Positions 46,642 to 59,966 of a stretch of 64,000 bases of DNA are shown here, piece by piece; positions within the stretch are counted from its first letter, which is position 1; each line of letters starts with the position of its first letter. Both the position numbers and the translations under genes were made by a program. The notes under the pieces were generated by a model. That model saw only the letters and a list, made by a program, of their open reading frames with translations. It was not told where the DNA came from and did no database searches. Source of the DNA: Psilocybe cubensis (taxonomy: Eukaryota); NCBI GenBank assembly GCA_017499595.2, contig CM039002.1:2480001-2544000 (forward strand), in the 5' to 3' direction.

Positions 46642-47663
46642 TCATTGGATTGTCATAACAGTATCATGTTTCTCGACTGCTTTAACGATGTCCACTATGT
46701 TCTTGAGCTGGCTTGGAGCGTACCGTCCGTATTTGGTCGGTCGTGCAAAAGCAACCTCTGCAATCTTGATCTAAGATAATGTCATTAAAATAAAGCAACT
46801 GGTCTGAGAATCATCTGATTATACCAGGATATCAGATGTCAGCCCCTTGATAGGAGACGCAGACGTGCGAAAACGATGCATCCTATACACGGTGTTGTCC
46901 AGCATAGGTACGACCGAATCACTGGTGTTCTTATTCCGAGTAAATTAACACTTGTGCACTTTTTTGAAAGCAAGGGTACGCTTACGTATACTTCCGTTTC
47001 ATAGGGCCAGTCTTCGCTGCCTATAGGCACAAGCGGGCCATGTTTAGCGAGAGAAGGATCGAGAATGGCCTCTAGTTGGTGGCTGAATATTTGGGACACT
47101 TCAGCTTCCGCTGCTCTCAGAGTTGAAAGAAGTCTGTTATCACTAAGAAAAGCCACGACTGGAGTAACTAGAATCTTGTGCAGCGAGATGAATGGAGAGA
47201 GAAGGCCCAACGTATGGATGCAAGGGCTATTAATGGGCAGCCCGACTTCTTCATTGGCCTCTCTATACTGAAAAAGTGACATTGTGAGATCGCACTTTCA
47301 TATCATTTAAAAAAAAGACTTACCGCGGTTTCTGCCAGACTTGCATCTGTCGGATCCCATTTCCCCCCTGGCAAAGCCGTCTGTCCAGCATGCGTCCGCA
47401 GTTGTCGCGAACGCGTTGTCAGAAGAACGCGTAGTTTTCCATCCTCCTCATACAGCAATGCAAGCACCGCGGCAATTTTTTTCAGTTGATGGCCTGATCT
47501 AGACAGCATGTGTTGGTTTTCACGGCGGGTAAGTGACGAATGTGCGACTGACGGACAGATCAGGTTGTTCCAAGGTGCTGAAATAGCTGACCAGATTGTT
47601 GATTGCCGCTGCAGACTGTTCTGAGAGGGACTTTAGAGCGTCTTTGGGTATACACGAAGTCAT
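46642..47663 (-). CDS. Nudix hydrolase, CoA pyrophosphatase (Pcd1/NUDT7-like)
   Basis: AAVLALL, LLTTRSRQLRTHAGQTALPGGK..D...ETA|YREANEEVGL (UPF0035 motif plus Nudix box); VTPVVA; EVSQIF; IKGLTSDIL. Confidence 0.9.
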
Positions 47664-47857
47664 TGAGGTGTGGAAGAGAAAGGGATACGTGGGGGATACG
47701 AGTTGGCTACGAGTACCAGCGAGTACTGGTGTAAGCGGTACCTCGGGCCGGTCGGCAATTACATAACTAGGATTCGCTGACGAGCCTTGCTGTTCCTGCG
47801 GGCTTTTGATTCTATAAAATATGTTTTCAGATATTTTGAAGTAATACATGAAGAAAA

Positions 47858-47998
47858 CTAATGACACGGTAAGCCTCAGTCGAAGGGAAGAAAGACTATA
47901 TTGTTAACCTAATGACACGGTAAGCCTGTAGACTACGTTAGCTACTCTGTACGAACAATGGAAAAGTAAATGTACCTCAGTCGAAGGGAAGAAAGACT
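47858..47998 (-). repeat. 40-nt tandem duplication in which one copy carries a 50-nt intron
   Basis: 47858-47897 equals 47909-47925 joined to 47976-47998; the spacer 47926-47975 reads GTACAT...GCTAAC...CAG on the minus strand. Confidence 0.85.
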
Positions 47999-50667
47999 GA
48001 GGTACTAAGAACAGAACTGGTCCGTATATGTGAGCCTCTCGTAGCTACAGAAGTTGATGAGGGATATGGAAGGTGATGCGTTGAACGCAATAGGAAGGAG
48101 GACTACTGGATTCATGAATGAACAGGGGCTTTCGGGCCCAATGTCCCGAATGTCGAATGAGGAAAGTTATGGTATAAAAATGGAAAGGAAAAGAAAGGTG
48201 GAAATAAAAGAGTGAGTGAATGTCAAGTCCGTATTCCAACAATACAAACATGCGAACTAGCAGAAGAGTATTTCTACTAGTTAAAAAGAAAGAATATATG
48301 GCCATTGGCACAGGCTTACTTTGAGTTCAAATCTTAGGATATTTGGATTCTCCGTCACAAACTTCCAAGTGTACGGTTCCAATATTACTGTTTACCTTTT
48401 GAATGAAACAAAACTCATAGCGTCGTAGAGCAAGAATAGAAGATAAGAACTAGTACTCCCGCGTGAATCTTAGCACTCCGATTTAACTCTTCCTGCACGA
48501 TAAGAAACAGATTGCAAAACAAGTGTGTTTTGCACTGGTTTAGGTTTTGATGGCAACATTCAAACTTGAAGTACGAGGTCGCCATTCCCAGAGAGTTTGT
48601 ACGCGTTACAAATGAAGTCCTTCCAAACTGATGGCAACATTTGAGAGGATTCCAGAGGAATGGGGTGGGAGTCGTCGCCAGTGTGCTTGCACATATTTGG
48701 TCATTGATGGCAGGATCAAGGCATCAATGATAGCAACATTTATTCCTTATAAGGAGCGGAATCCCGGTGAGGTGCCTTCTTCTTTGTTTACCGGGAATTC
48801 CCGGTGCAGGGCAAGAAGAACCAGGACCCACAAACGTCGCACATATAAACGATGCTGGCTGGAACTCAAAGAATATTTTCTTAGCAAAGTCAACAAGACT
48901 TTCGAAGAACTGTATTGAATTTATAGTAAAATTTAGCTTGAAAATCAGCAATGTGAACGTTCTGCAATATATTGCCGGGCCCTCAAGAGGACTGAACAAG
49001 TATTGAGTCAATAAATTACTGGTAATGTTACAAATGCTAGAATACAGGGTATACAGGATACATGTTACAAGTTACAACACCAAAGTATACAAAAGGGAAA
49101 TAGATAGGATAAATAATGTGTAGTCCGCATGCTGACGAGTTCCGATAGGAGGTGGGATCAATTACCACTGCTTTCGTATACTCCGACTCTGACATTGATG
49201 ATCTGCGGACATAAAAATATTGGAACCTATCATCAATCATTGGACAAATTTAAGAATTCACTATGACTTACAAATGTCGTCGCGAAGCCTAGCAAAGTTC
49301 CTAGGACACATAGCCGTAGGAGGGTTATTGTGCTTGAGATTGCTCACATGAATAATCTTTGGAACACCAACGCTGACTGTGCTCTCCCCCTTTATGGGGT
49401 CTATAGGCAGGCCATATAGAGATGCAGGTCGGGTTGGAGGATTGTTCGGGTGAGAATGGGACATGGTGGCTACCCTTACGTGCCCATTTTTGTCAGGCTT
49501 TGTTAGAACGACGACTGGGTGCTGTCCAATGTTTCCCTGTCGTATGTATGTCAGTTGACGAATTTTAAAATCTCTGAATGGGATGGTGAACGTACTGTTC
49601 CAGGCGGACGTGGAAGGAAAAATTTAGGTTTCGCTTTCATGATATACCCTTCTTGGACAGAGATATACTGGTACAACGTGAATTCCTCAGAGCTGAGGTA
49701 TTCACTGTCGGATGAAGATGGCGTATCAAATAACGAGTAATGCATTATTACGGGATAATCTTTAAATTGTGAAGCAATAAAAGTCATCAGTATTTTCGCT
49801 TTGCTTGCTTTAGCGGCACATACCCTAAACTTTGAGTTTCGTGTTTATAAATACACGTAGGGTATAAGTTGCAGAACAGCTTCACAAACGACGATGGTAC
49901 AATGTTTTGCGGCGAGTGAAGATGGGAGACCAGCTCTGGGTCAATCTTCTCCGAAACCTAACTTAGGCTTTATACATCGACAGAAACACCAAAATTTATC
50001 GGCAACGAAGGGTTTGAGATTAACTTTTCAGGACGTCGAAAGGAGGTTGGATGTGTCAAGCATATCTGGTGCTGTCCGGCATTATTTTCTCTGACTTGAT
50101 GAGCAGTTTCTCTCATTTCGCCATCTAGTGTCACGATAGCCAGCCGCAAATGTTGCATCCAAACTCTAGGCCGAATCTCCTGCACAGGAATTAATTGACT
50201 TGACGTGGAGGTTTACGCCCCGCAATGGCATGGCAGATCCTCCGAACGGATCAAGACATGAGGGCTTATAACTGCATATACCGACGCACATGGATGGTGA
50301 ACGGTGGCTTTTGGAGGTGGATCGCGGTTCACATCATCAAACAGACGCTGTCAATCATTCCGGATGTCGTGCCCGTCCGAAGCATATACGGGAGGCTAAA
50401 TGTTCTTCACGTATAATGAATGATGGAATGTTCCCCGCAGGAGTTCGCCTTTACTGTGATTGTGCTGTCCATGTGCTATTACTCCGACAATACCTGGCGG
50501 AGTTTATGTTTGGAAATGAAAACAAAGGTATTTACTCTATTTGTATATGATCTATGTGGTATCTGACCTTCAAGCATCGAGATAATATAGGCTAGATAAG
50601 ATAGTTATTGTCCGTTGTGCGTAGCAGTGTCCAAGAACCAGAATTGAAGACCAAAAATTCGAATAAT

Positions 50668-51660
50668 TTAGAAAATGGAGTTGATGATACCTGACCCAAC
50701 AGCAGAACCTGAAAAGTATGACGTGAGTATGGATTGTGCCATTTGCATAGTCGAGCGGAATGCATACCGGCTCCGAAACCAACACCGCCAGCAGCGGAAT
50801 GAGCGAGCTGCGAGTAGGAGTGTTAAGTGGCGTCCAAAGGTAGACAATTTCAACAATCTTACAGTGTTTCCTAATCCCCCTTTGAAGAAGCCCTGTTTCT
50901 TCTCGGGCTCTTGTACAGTAGTCACAGGGGCAGCGGGTGGAGGCGCGGTCTGATAAATGGGGGTCGAGTTCCCTTGTTGTGGAGGTGGTGTATAGTAGTT
51001 ATTTTGTGGGGGCGGGTATGGGTTGGACGAGTAATAAGAAGGTCCATTGTTGAAGTTCTGAGGCGGAGGTGGTCCACTGGGGAAGTTCTGAGGTGGGTGT
51101 GCATGGGGCTTTTCGGGGTATTGAGATCCTCCTCCAGTTGGGAATGGGTGAGCAGGAGGAGGGTCGCGAGGAAGTTTCTGAACGTATGACGATGGGAACA
51201 CTCCTCCTTTGCCGTTGAGCCTACCAGTCCACCAGTCGGAATTCTTTTCGTCCGTCACCTCGATGATATCACCTGCGGCGAACGTCAGATCATTGGGTTC
51301 CTGAATATTGTTCATTGATCAACGGAATAGATTTTAAAATGATGTGTTGCGTACCCGCCCGTCCTCATTGTAAGCCCAGAGCGCTTTGGCTCTAAACAGA
51401 AATGGCGAAGGTATAGGTGGTACTGGGCGAGCAGCCAGTATATTCACGGGCGTTTTTGTCGGTGGTACTGGATTCCGCGAGTCGGTGTAAGGAGCGGGAA
51501 AAGTACGGTCCAACTCGGGGTTTGGGGCAGCAGAGACCTTGGGGAGCTTGTCGAGTATGTCCATAGCATCTGAGGGTGATATTTGCTGAGCCGACAGCAA
51601 AAAAGAAATGTTTTCTCTCGTTTGAGAGACGACGTATTCAATTGCTCGATTTGTGTTCAT
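50668..51660 (-). CDS. SH3-domain protein, Lsb1/Pin3-like
   Basis: AKALWAY...[16 protein letters not shown]...GVFPSSYV; Pro/Gln/Asn-rich linker; C-terminal [22 protein letters not shown]. Confidence 0.88.
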
Positions 51661-51879
51661 GATGGTCGTATGTCAAGATGGCGGCAATCCAAGCGAGTTC
51701 AAGCGGCGCCGTGTTGTGACCTGTTGTGACTCTACGAGAGTGTTACCTATCTGTCACATCCCAGCCGCGTCTATTCCATTATTGCAACTGTTGGCGTCCG
51801 TTGACTTGACTCCAACTTGCCTTGCTTTTCCCTTTTCTTTTCTTTTCTCTCTCCCTGAATGACCCCTTGATACCTCAAT

Positions 51880-54800
51880 ATGAACGAATTCACGCCCCTG
51901 GTTAAACCACTTCAATCTCAGACCACCATTGACTCTGTTGCAAAGGAATGTCCTTCTGAAGGATTCAACGTGTGTAGTCTAGTTTTGTGGTACATTTTCC
52001 ATCTAATTCTTGACAGTATCCTACATTTCGCCAACTCGCAAAAAATGCACGGCTATTTATCTCAAAACCACTGGATCCTGACGTAGCATCTTCGTATTAT
52101 CGTCTATTTTCGGTCGCAAACTCAAAGGGATGGTTTGTTGCAGTGAAATCAGCGGAATCTGGTTCAGGTGTGTGTGTGTGTTAGTTTCTGGCATTACGAT
52201 CTCAACATGATGTTGCAGAACTTGTATTCTCGCCCCTTGATGAGCTTCGCTTGGCTTCCGAGGCGGCAAAAACGGACGACGAAACTCTGTTCAACCCAAA
52301 GCGAACCGTGTCGATTCCCACACGCGCCACCATTGTCGCTTTTGCATGCGGTGATACCAAGCTGTTAGTTGGTCTGGCTGACGGATCAGTGGTGGTATAC
52401 GACACCTCGTCGCTTTTTACGGAAGGAACGAACGATGTCCAACCTCTGGGGAGAAACGAAATTCAGACCTCGCCGCTCCGCCAAGTCGTACCTAATCCTG
52501 GTACAGAGCCTGGTCTGAGTGACCTTGTAGCAATCGTCAGCGACGGCAAGGTGGAACTTCTCAATATGAACTTGGAGTCTCAGGGTGGTTGGGTCGCCAG
52601 CGACCTCATGTCACAACCTATCTCTGGTAAGTCGTTGTGGTTCAGTCATTTGGGAAGCATCTTATTTGTTTTACAGTGGATTGGTCTCCCAAGGGAAAAC
52701 ATATCGCTATTGGTCTGCAAACCGGCGACATCCTTACATTCGCTATCACGAACAAATCGACTCCCAACAAGCACATACCTCCCACTACGAATTCTGTCCT
52801 AGTGTCGTTGAATTGGCTTGGACCCGGTCACACATTCCGCACAAGCTATGCCGCACAAGACGACTCCCCTGCGCAACACATCGTCGTGCTTGATACGAAA
52901 TCATCTACTGCGACCTACTTTGCCCCCGACCATCCATTCATATCGGGAGATCGAGTTAATCAGGCTGCATATGTCCTCAACTTCCCCAAATGGGACGGCG
53001 CAGAAAACCAATATCTTACCGTTGTGGGCGATCTCGCGTCAGTTGATCTAGAGATCCTGGGTAACAGTGGGAACCAGTGGTATCGTCAATCGCAGGAAAA
53101 CCCGTTGACTCTCCCGTTGGACAAAGAGATGAATGACACGATTCTCCTTGCACTTGAAACCGACCTGACTGACCCCAGATACGATTCACCCATTATGTAT
53201 GCATATCTCAGCGACGGTTCTCTTCAAGGCTGGTATGTCGAACACACGAAGCCATACCTGGGAATGATGAACGGCAAGAACCTGGCTGCTGTAGACACAA
53301 ACTCGCAGGTACCAGTACAGTCGCAGGAGAGTGCTGCGCCTCAGGCTACAAGTGCCTTCGGTATGTCCGGCTTCGGGCAGCAGCCAGCGCAGAGTACACC
53401 AGCTTTTGGGCAAACAGGTTTTGGGCAGCAGCCATCATCCACGCCATCTGCATTCACCTCAACCGCTCCGGCCTTCGGACAATCATCCTTTGGCCAACCA
53501 TCCGCATTTGGCTCTGCTTTGTCCAGTTTCGCACAACCAAGCACGACCACATCCGCATTTGGTGGCTCCAGTAGTAATAGTGGTGGCTTTGCTGCGTTTG
53601 CGGGCGGCTCCGGGGCATTTGGAAGTGGCGGTGGATTCGGCTCTGGAGGATTTTCGTCGAGTCCTTCCACAGGTGCTTTTGGTTCGAATACCACCACCAA
53701 CGCTTTCGGACAAGGGGGCTTTGGTTCTGCCGCTAGCAACACTCCCGCCGGTGATTCGTCATCAATGACTCGCGAAGCATCGATGTCTGACTCTACACCT
53801 GGGTTTGGAGGTTTATCATTGGGAAGCAAACATACGGCGGACGATAACGCTGTCAACAGCATGTTTGGATCTTTTTCTACGACATCGAGTTCGAGTCAAC
53901 AACAATCAACGTCTAGCTTTGGTGGCAGTTCGCTTGTTAAACCTGCCACTGGATTTGGCGCGTTTGGTAATCTGCAGACTTCCAGTGCATTTTCATCGCC
54001 AAAGCCAGCCACAACTGTAAATGCCTTTGCACCCGCACCGCCATCAGCCCAAACATCTACGACATCTACAGCATCTCCTGCGTTCGGTCAGTCTGGCTTT
54101 GGACAACCAGCATTCGGGAAGCCCAGCTTCGGTGCACCCTCTGCATTTGGAGCTTTTGGGAATGCGGGTTCTCAAGCCCAAAAGCCTGCCACAACAACAC
54201 CGTCCTCCGGTGGATTTGGCGCATTTGCATCGACGCCAACTTCCTTTGGATCTGCACTGGGATCAACAGCAAAGCCCGCTGAAACCAAACCTGCTAGTGG
54301 AGGATTTAGCGCGTTCGCTTCAGCTTCGCCTTCTGCGTTTGGAGCGGCAGCGGCATCACCGAAACCTGCAGAATCGAAGCCAACTACCGGAGGGTTTGGA
54401 GCATTTGCCTCGGGTGGGCCTTCTGTGTTCAGCGCGGCTGCCAAAGACAACGCGTCCTCTTCTTCGTCTAGTTCAGGGGGAGGGTTCAGCGCGTTTGCTT
54501 CTTCGGCACCTTCACCGTTTAGTCAAGCTGCCAACGATGCCACGCAAAAACCATCTTCAGGTGGCTTCAGTGCCTTTGCATCAGCTACTCCCGCATTTGG
54601 TGTACCCGCCACACCCAAGGCTGTTACCGACTCTTCATCAACAAGCACGACTCCCCCTGCTGAACCGAAACAAAGAACTACAGTATTTGGGACGCCGACT
54701 GGTGCTGCTGGCAGTAGTTCCCCTTCACCGTTCAGCGCATCCAATGTCAGGTCCTCTATCCCTAAAGGAGACGAAAGTCCAACTGGCTCACCCAAGGGCA

Positions 54801-57800
54801 CATCGTTCGATGCTTCCCCGCCGAGTTCGCCAGAGTCGAAACCTGCTGTTCCGCCAGTATTTGCAAAGAGGGATGAAAGTTCTCCGTCGCCGTTTGGGGG
54901 CAGTGGCTCGAAATCCCCGTCGCCATTTGGCCAACCCTCATCTCCTTCGCCCTTTGGCCAACCTTCATCTCCTTCGCCGAGTGGTGGTGCCTTTGGTAAT
55001 CTTCAAGTCACGCCCTCAGTGTTCAAACCAGCTGCTGGATTTGGCGCATTCGGGAGCAACGAAACGCCCAAGACTTCCGCGTTCTTCAAGAAACCAGACG
55101 AAACCCCGCCTCCAGTCTCAGCGTTTAGTCAAATCACCACTACCCCCAAAACACCTGTCACTACCTCGGCCACTCCTGCGTTTGGTGCAACGTCTGCCCT
55201 TGGCGCGAAATCGGTCTTTTCGCCAGCCCAGTCTCCCAGCGCAACACCGACAAAGGCACCAACAACAGGCGCGTTTAGCGCATTCAGTGGCGCATCGGGT
55301 GGGTTCTCGGCCTTTGCGGGACCCAAGACGTCTTTCACGGATTTGTTGAAGTCGAAGGGTGATGAGGCAACGGATCCCATCAAGCCAGCTGCTACTCCTG
55401 TGTTTTCCAAGCCTGAAAGCGAGAGCAAACCTGTTGTTTCTGTTTTCGCTACTTTAGCTGCGATGGAAAAAGACAAGGAGAAAGAGAAGGAAAAGGAGAA
55501 GAAGCAAGAAGATAAAGAGGCGGAGAAGGAAAAGGATAAAGAGGAGCCTAGCACTTCGTCGTCCAAGGACGGTAAGAAGACAATCCCCAGTGAGCCCTCG
55601 TACGGTAATTTATCTCTCTCAGCTTCTTCTTCTGGGTCGTTCGTAGAGGTTGGAGCAAACGATGCCGACAATGGAGAATTGGATGACGGAGAAGTTTCCG
55701 AAGATGATGGAAACCACAGCGATTTCTTGTCGGATAATTTCGAGGAATCATCGTATAAAGACGGCGATTCGGCGAACGAAGAGTCGGACGAAGAAGATCT
55801 GCCAGAGGAAAGAAATACTCCATCGCCTGAACCACCTCTTCCTCCGTCACGGTCGCCGTCCGCTACACCTCAGCCTGAGATCCCGTCTATCCAGGTATCA
55901 GGCGATGGTGCGGACGAAGAATCTCCTTCTAAGGCTGTTCCAACACGCGAACGGAGTACGACGCCACCAAGCACCCCTGTAAAGGAATCTAAAGCACCGA
56001 CATCCTCGAGTCCGTCGTTGGCTACACCCGGCGCTCCGTCTACCTCGCCATTTGGTATTGGGATAGGAAGGCCAAGCACGCGGCCTGTGCGTAGTTCACC
56101 GCTGGCCAATGCGGTTTCGGCAGAGGATGAAGAAGAAGACGATGTCACGAAGTCGCCACCGAAGGCAAAACCCACAGTCTCTCCGAAACCTGTTTATGGT
56201 GCTTTGCCCTTGGACACGAAGGGCAAAACTAAGGAAACGGATGTGGGGGATGAAGAGGCCACACCTAAGAAATCCCCGACCGCCAAAAGACCAAAGACGC
56301 CTCCATTGCTTTCAACCATGGGTCCTCCGCCTACACCCAGCCCATTCTTATCTCCTCCCATCTCCAAGACTTCTTCAGGCAGCTCTGAGTCCTCATCAAT
56401 CAAATCGACCGCCTCAGCGCCACCTCTTTTCGGTATGGGGGCAAAACCAGCGGCAGCATCTACCCCCAGTTTGTTTGGTACGCCAAAGGCTGAAGTCACC
56501 CCTGTCGGCTCATGGACGTCGACAACACCATCTAAACCAGAGCTGCCCCGAGCAAACACTGCACCAGCTGCGCCTGGCACACCAACACCCAGTCTTTTCG
56601 GCGGTGGATTCTTCGCACCCCCGCCTCCAGCTGCGAAGGCGCCGACGAATGCTTTCTCCATGCCACCATTTACTTTGGGCGGCGCGGCAGCTGGTCCGGC
56701 TATTCCACCTGCGGGAACCAATCTCTTTGGAAGCAAAACTGCCCCAGGGCCCGCCACTCCCACTGGACCAGGCATCTTTGGAGGCAAAGCTACGCCACCA
56801 CCCCAACCTGGTGGTATCTTTGGAATGAAGCCACCAACTGCCGCAACGCCAGGCAGCCCATCCAATGTGTTTGGAGGTGGAATTCAACCGCCTAAACCGT
56901 CACCATTTGGAAATGTTCAAGCTACACCTCCGGCACCGCCGCAACCATCCCCTGAAGCCATCCTGGAAGAAGGAATGCAGAAGGAATGCGCAGCTTTGGT
57001 GAACATGGTCACTGAAGATTTGGCACAGGTGAGTTCATTTTCTGAGTGTATTCTAACTCGTCTAATCCTGCTACAGTTACCTCTTCATGCTTTGAAGTTG
57101 GGAGAAGCAATAGCTGCGGCTGGTGCCATGGCTGGAGGCTCGCGCAACTTAAGCGATCTCGGTGTGCAGGCGAAATGGAGTTTGGGTGATCTGACTCAGT
57201 TCAAGAAACTTGTATTGCAGTATGAGGCAGTCCTTGATGAGATGGAAGCCACGCACGAGAAGCAGAAGCAGGTAGTGCACGACTTGCAGAGCAGCATGCT
57301 GAAGTGTAAGCAATATTCTTCTTGGTGCTCGTCAATGTCTAATACTTTTTCTGATGCCGCAGGTGGTACGAGAAAGGAAGAAATCGCGAGGTTCCATAAG
57401 GCGAAGGACGATAAAGATTTCGCAAAAATGCTGAAGTCTAGGACGTTGGGTCCTGAGCACATTGAAACTCAGACGCACCTTCGAAAGAACATAAGGGTTT
57501 GTAACTAACTTTTTGTTGCATTATATTTGTTCTTATGAGTGTTTTTATAGGCTATCCGCGACCGCGTTCAGAAACTTGAATCGCACTTACAGGAAAGCAA
57601 AAAGAAGCTGTCCCAAGCTGCTACATGTAGACCCTCGGTCAAGTGAGTTCTTTTTAGACCTTGCCGTTTTAATCGTGGATTCACCATTGGTTTCAGGGCT
57701 CCATCACTCGACACAATCAACCGAACGTTTCGCAACATCGAGCTCGCAATTGATCAGCAAGCAGATGAAGTCTCTCGCCTCGCTACCCGCATCTCGAAAC

Positions 57801-58384
57801 TCGACATGGCGGAGAAGTCCAGTTCGGTATCGCGCAGAGACGCACGTCTGCCAGACGCAGCTGGTCGCCGCGTTCATGACATCATCCCAGATGTCGCAGC
57901 AACCACTGCAGCTGCGCTCAACGCCGAGCGATCAGCACAGAGGCTAAAGAACGCACTCCTTGCGGTGCGCAAGGAGCCTTTGCTTAATAATACAGTAGCA
58001 CAAGCACCGCCTGCTCTGTACGCGTTCCAGACTCCTCAGAAATCATCGACGTCGAGCGGCCCCAGCAAGTTTGCGTTCAAGGCGCCCGCCAGCGGGTCAT
58101 TGTTCTCCGATGTACCGACACCATTGTCTGCATCTGACATTATGCCCAACTGGGATCTCCCAGAGGACAACTTCATGCCCATGGACGCAGCAAATCTCAT
58201 TTCTACACGCTCGCAATCCAAACAGAGGATACACTCCCCTTCGGCGCAGATCAAAAAGACACCGGGATCGGGAGGGTCGACACCGCCTGCAGAATTTGAC
58301 TGGGGCCCACTTCCAAACTTCCAAAGTCCTCCTGCGAAACATATGCCCAACAGGTTCTTCCCGGTTTCGCCAGCGGCCAAGTAA
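51880..58384 (+). CDS. NUP159: FG-repeat nucleoporin Nup159/Nup214
   Basis: N-terminal beta-propeller (WSPKGKHIAIGLQTGDI); long xxFG/GGFSAF repeat region; acidic/Pro region; C-terminal coiled coil (RTLGPEHIETQ..LRK, DTINRTFRNI). Confidence 0.88.
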
Positions 58385-58875
58385 AATTGTCCTCAATCAT
58401 GTCTTCTTTTTCCTTTTTTTTCATGTCTTTTTTGTTTTATTGCTTTTGTAGAATTAGTTTTGCGCACGTAGAGATACTTTAAGAAAGCAACGACGCTCAA
58501 TATGGGTATCCTGTTCCCGAAAGACTCGAAGGTCAATTTAAACTTTAAAAATGTTGTTGCTGGTGCCGCCCTAGTTCGAGAGAATGACATTACACCTCAC
58601 CTGGGCAACGCATCAGTGAGACGGAAAATCTACTAGATCTGCTTCTTCGAACGCGAATCTCAGCCTTCCTCGACTACAAATATCGAGTCAATATAACATT
58701 CACGTTGGCGCTGCATCACGCACATGACTTATTTTTGGACGCATCAACGCTCAAACCTGGTGCTATAAATAAATTACAGAGACAGAACTGTTCATGTTAC
58801 CGAAAACCTTGGTAACTGGTATCATCATGAATCCATCGATACAAACACCACACAGGTAAAGATGTGAAGGTATAA

Positions 58876-59759
58876 TCAGAAGATTGCGCGAACTAGCCCT
58901 CCGCCGATTGCAGAACCTATGATGATCATCAACGGTTAGATATACACTTGGAAGTAATGTGATATGAATATACTTACCGGCGCCAAAGCCAACACCGCCA
59001 ACAGCAGAATGTGCCAACTTGAGAAAAAGTGACGTGAGCAACAGATTACAGATCCTTCGATACAGTAACTACTCACAGTGTTCTTGTACTGTCCATACTT
59101 ATCCTTCTTTGCTTCAGTCCCGGGCTTTTCTTGCAAGCCTACTGAATTGACGCCTTGGCCTGGGGGTGGAGGCATGTTGGTACCGTGCATAGCCGCACCG
59201 AAAGGCTTATACGCTTTTGTTGGCGCAGGTGTAGCATTCGGCGTTGGCAACTGGACCTCGGGCAACTTCTCTACGTATGTCGAAGGGAAAAGACCTTGCT
59301 TCCCGTTCACTCTGCCCGTCCACCAGTCGGCGTTTGTCTCTTCTACAATTTCTATGATATCTCCTGGTGCGAACGAAAGGTCTTCGGCATCCTGTTGTGC
59401 ATTGGTTAATAAAATGACGAAACGATAAATTGCATCTGGTGCCCGAAACGCACATTACTGCTGTACGCCCACAGTGCCTTTGCCTGTGGTAGCGCACGAG
59501 ATGGTGGTGGTGGTGGCGGAACTGCACGAGCAGCTGATGGCGTTCTATTGATTCCTAGGTTAGAAATCCTGCCTGCCAGAGATGCAATTGGCCCAGCGCT
59601 GTGATTAGTGGCCTGATTCGAATTTGGCAGTTTGGTCAAGATAGCAGAGGCATCCGCCTGTGAGATGTAGTTCTGTGAAGCCAGAAACTCAACGTTCTGT
59701 TCGATTTGTGAAACTACATGAGCAAGAAGAGCAGCAGTCTGGGGATCTTGGGGCGACAT
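58876..59759 (-). CDS. SH3-domain protein, Lsb1/Pin3-like (paralog of 50668-51660)
   Basis: AKALWAY, DLSFAPGDIIEI, DWWTG, GLFPSTYV; C-terminal [26 protein letters not shown]. Confidence 0.88.
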
Positions 59760-59966
59760 GATGGTGGGTGAAAGTAAAGGAATGAGGACAACAATTGTGT
59801 AAGCCGCCATTAAGGGGCCCAGTCACCGCGGTGCCGAAGCGGCATTGATCTGATTTGTACCGAGGTGATGTGTGGCTGTGCGATCAAGGAGGAGGAAACA
59901 AAACCTAACCCTACAATTTTGATTCCTTACTTTCTTCTCCACTAGCAACAAAACATATCCATAGCG

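Noticed and set aside
53341-56887. Long antisense and alternate-frame ORFs within Nup159 (e.g. 54021..55349, 56194..56865)
   Set aside because: Shadows of GC-rich, low-complexity FG-repeat coding sequence; no independent motifs.
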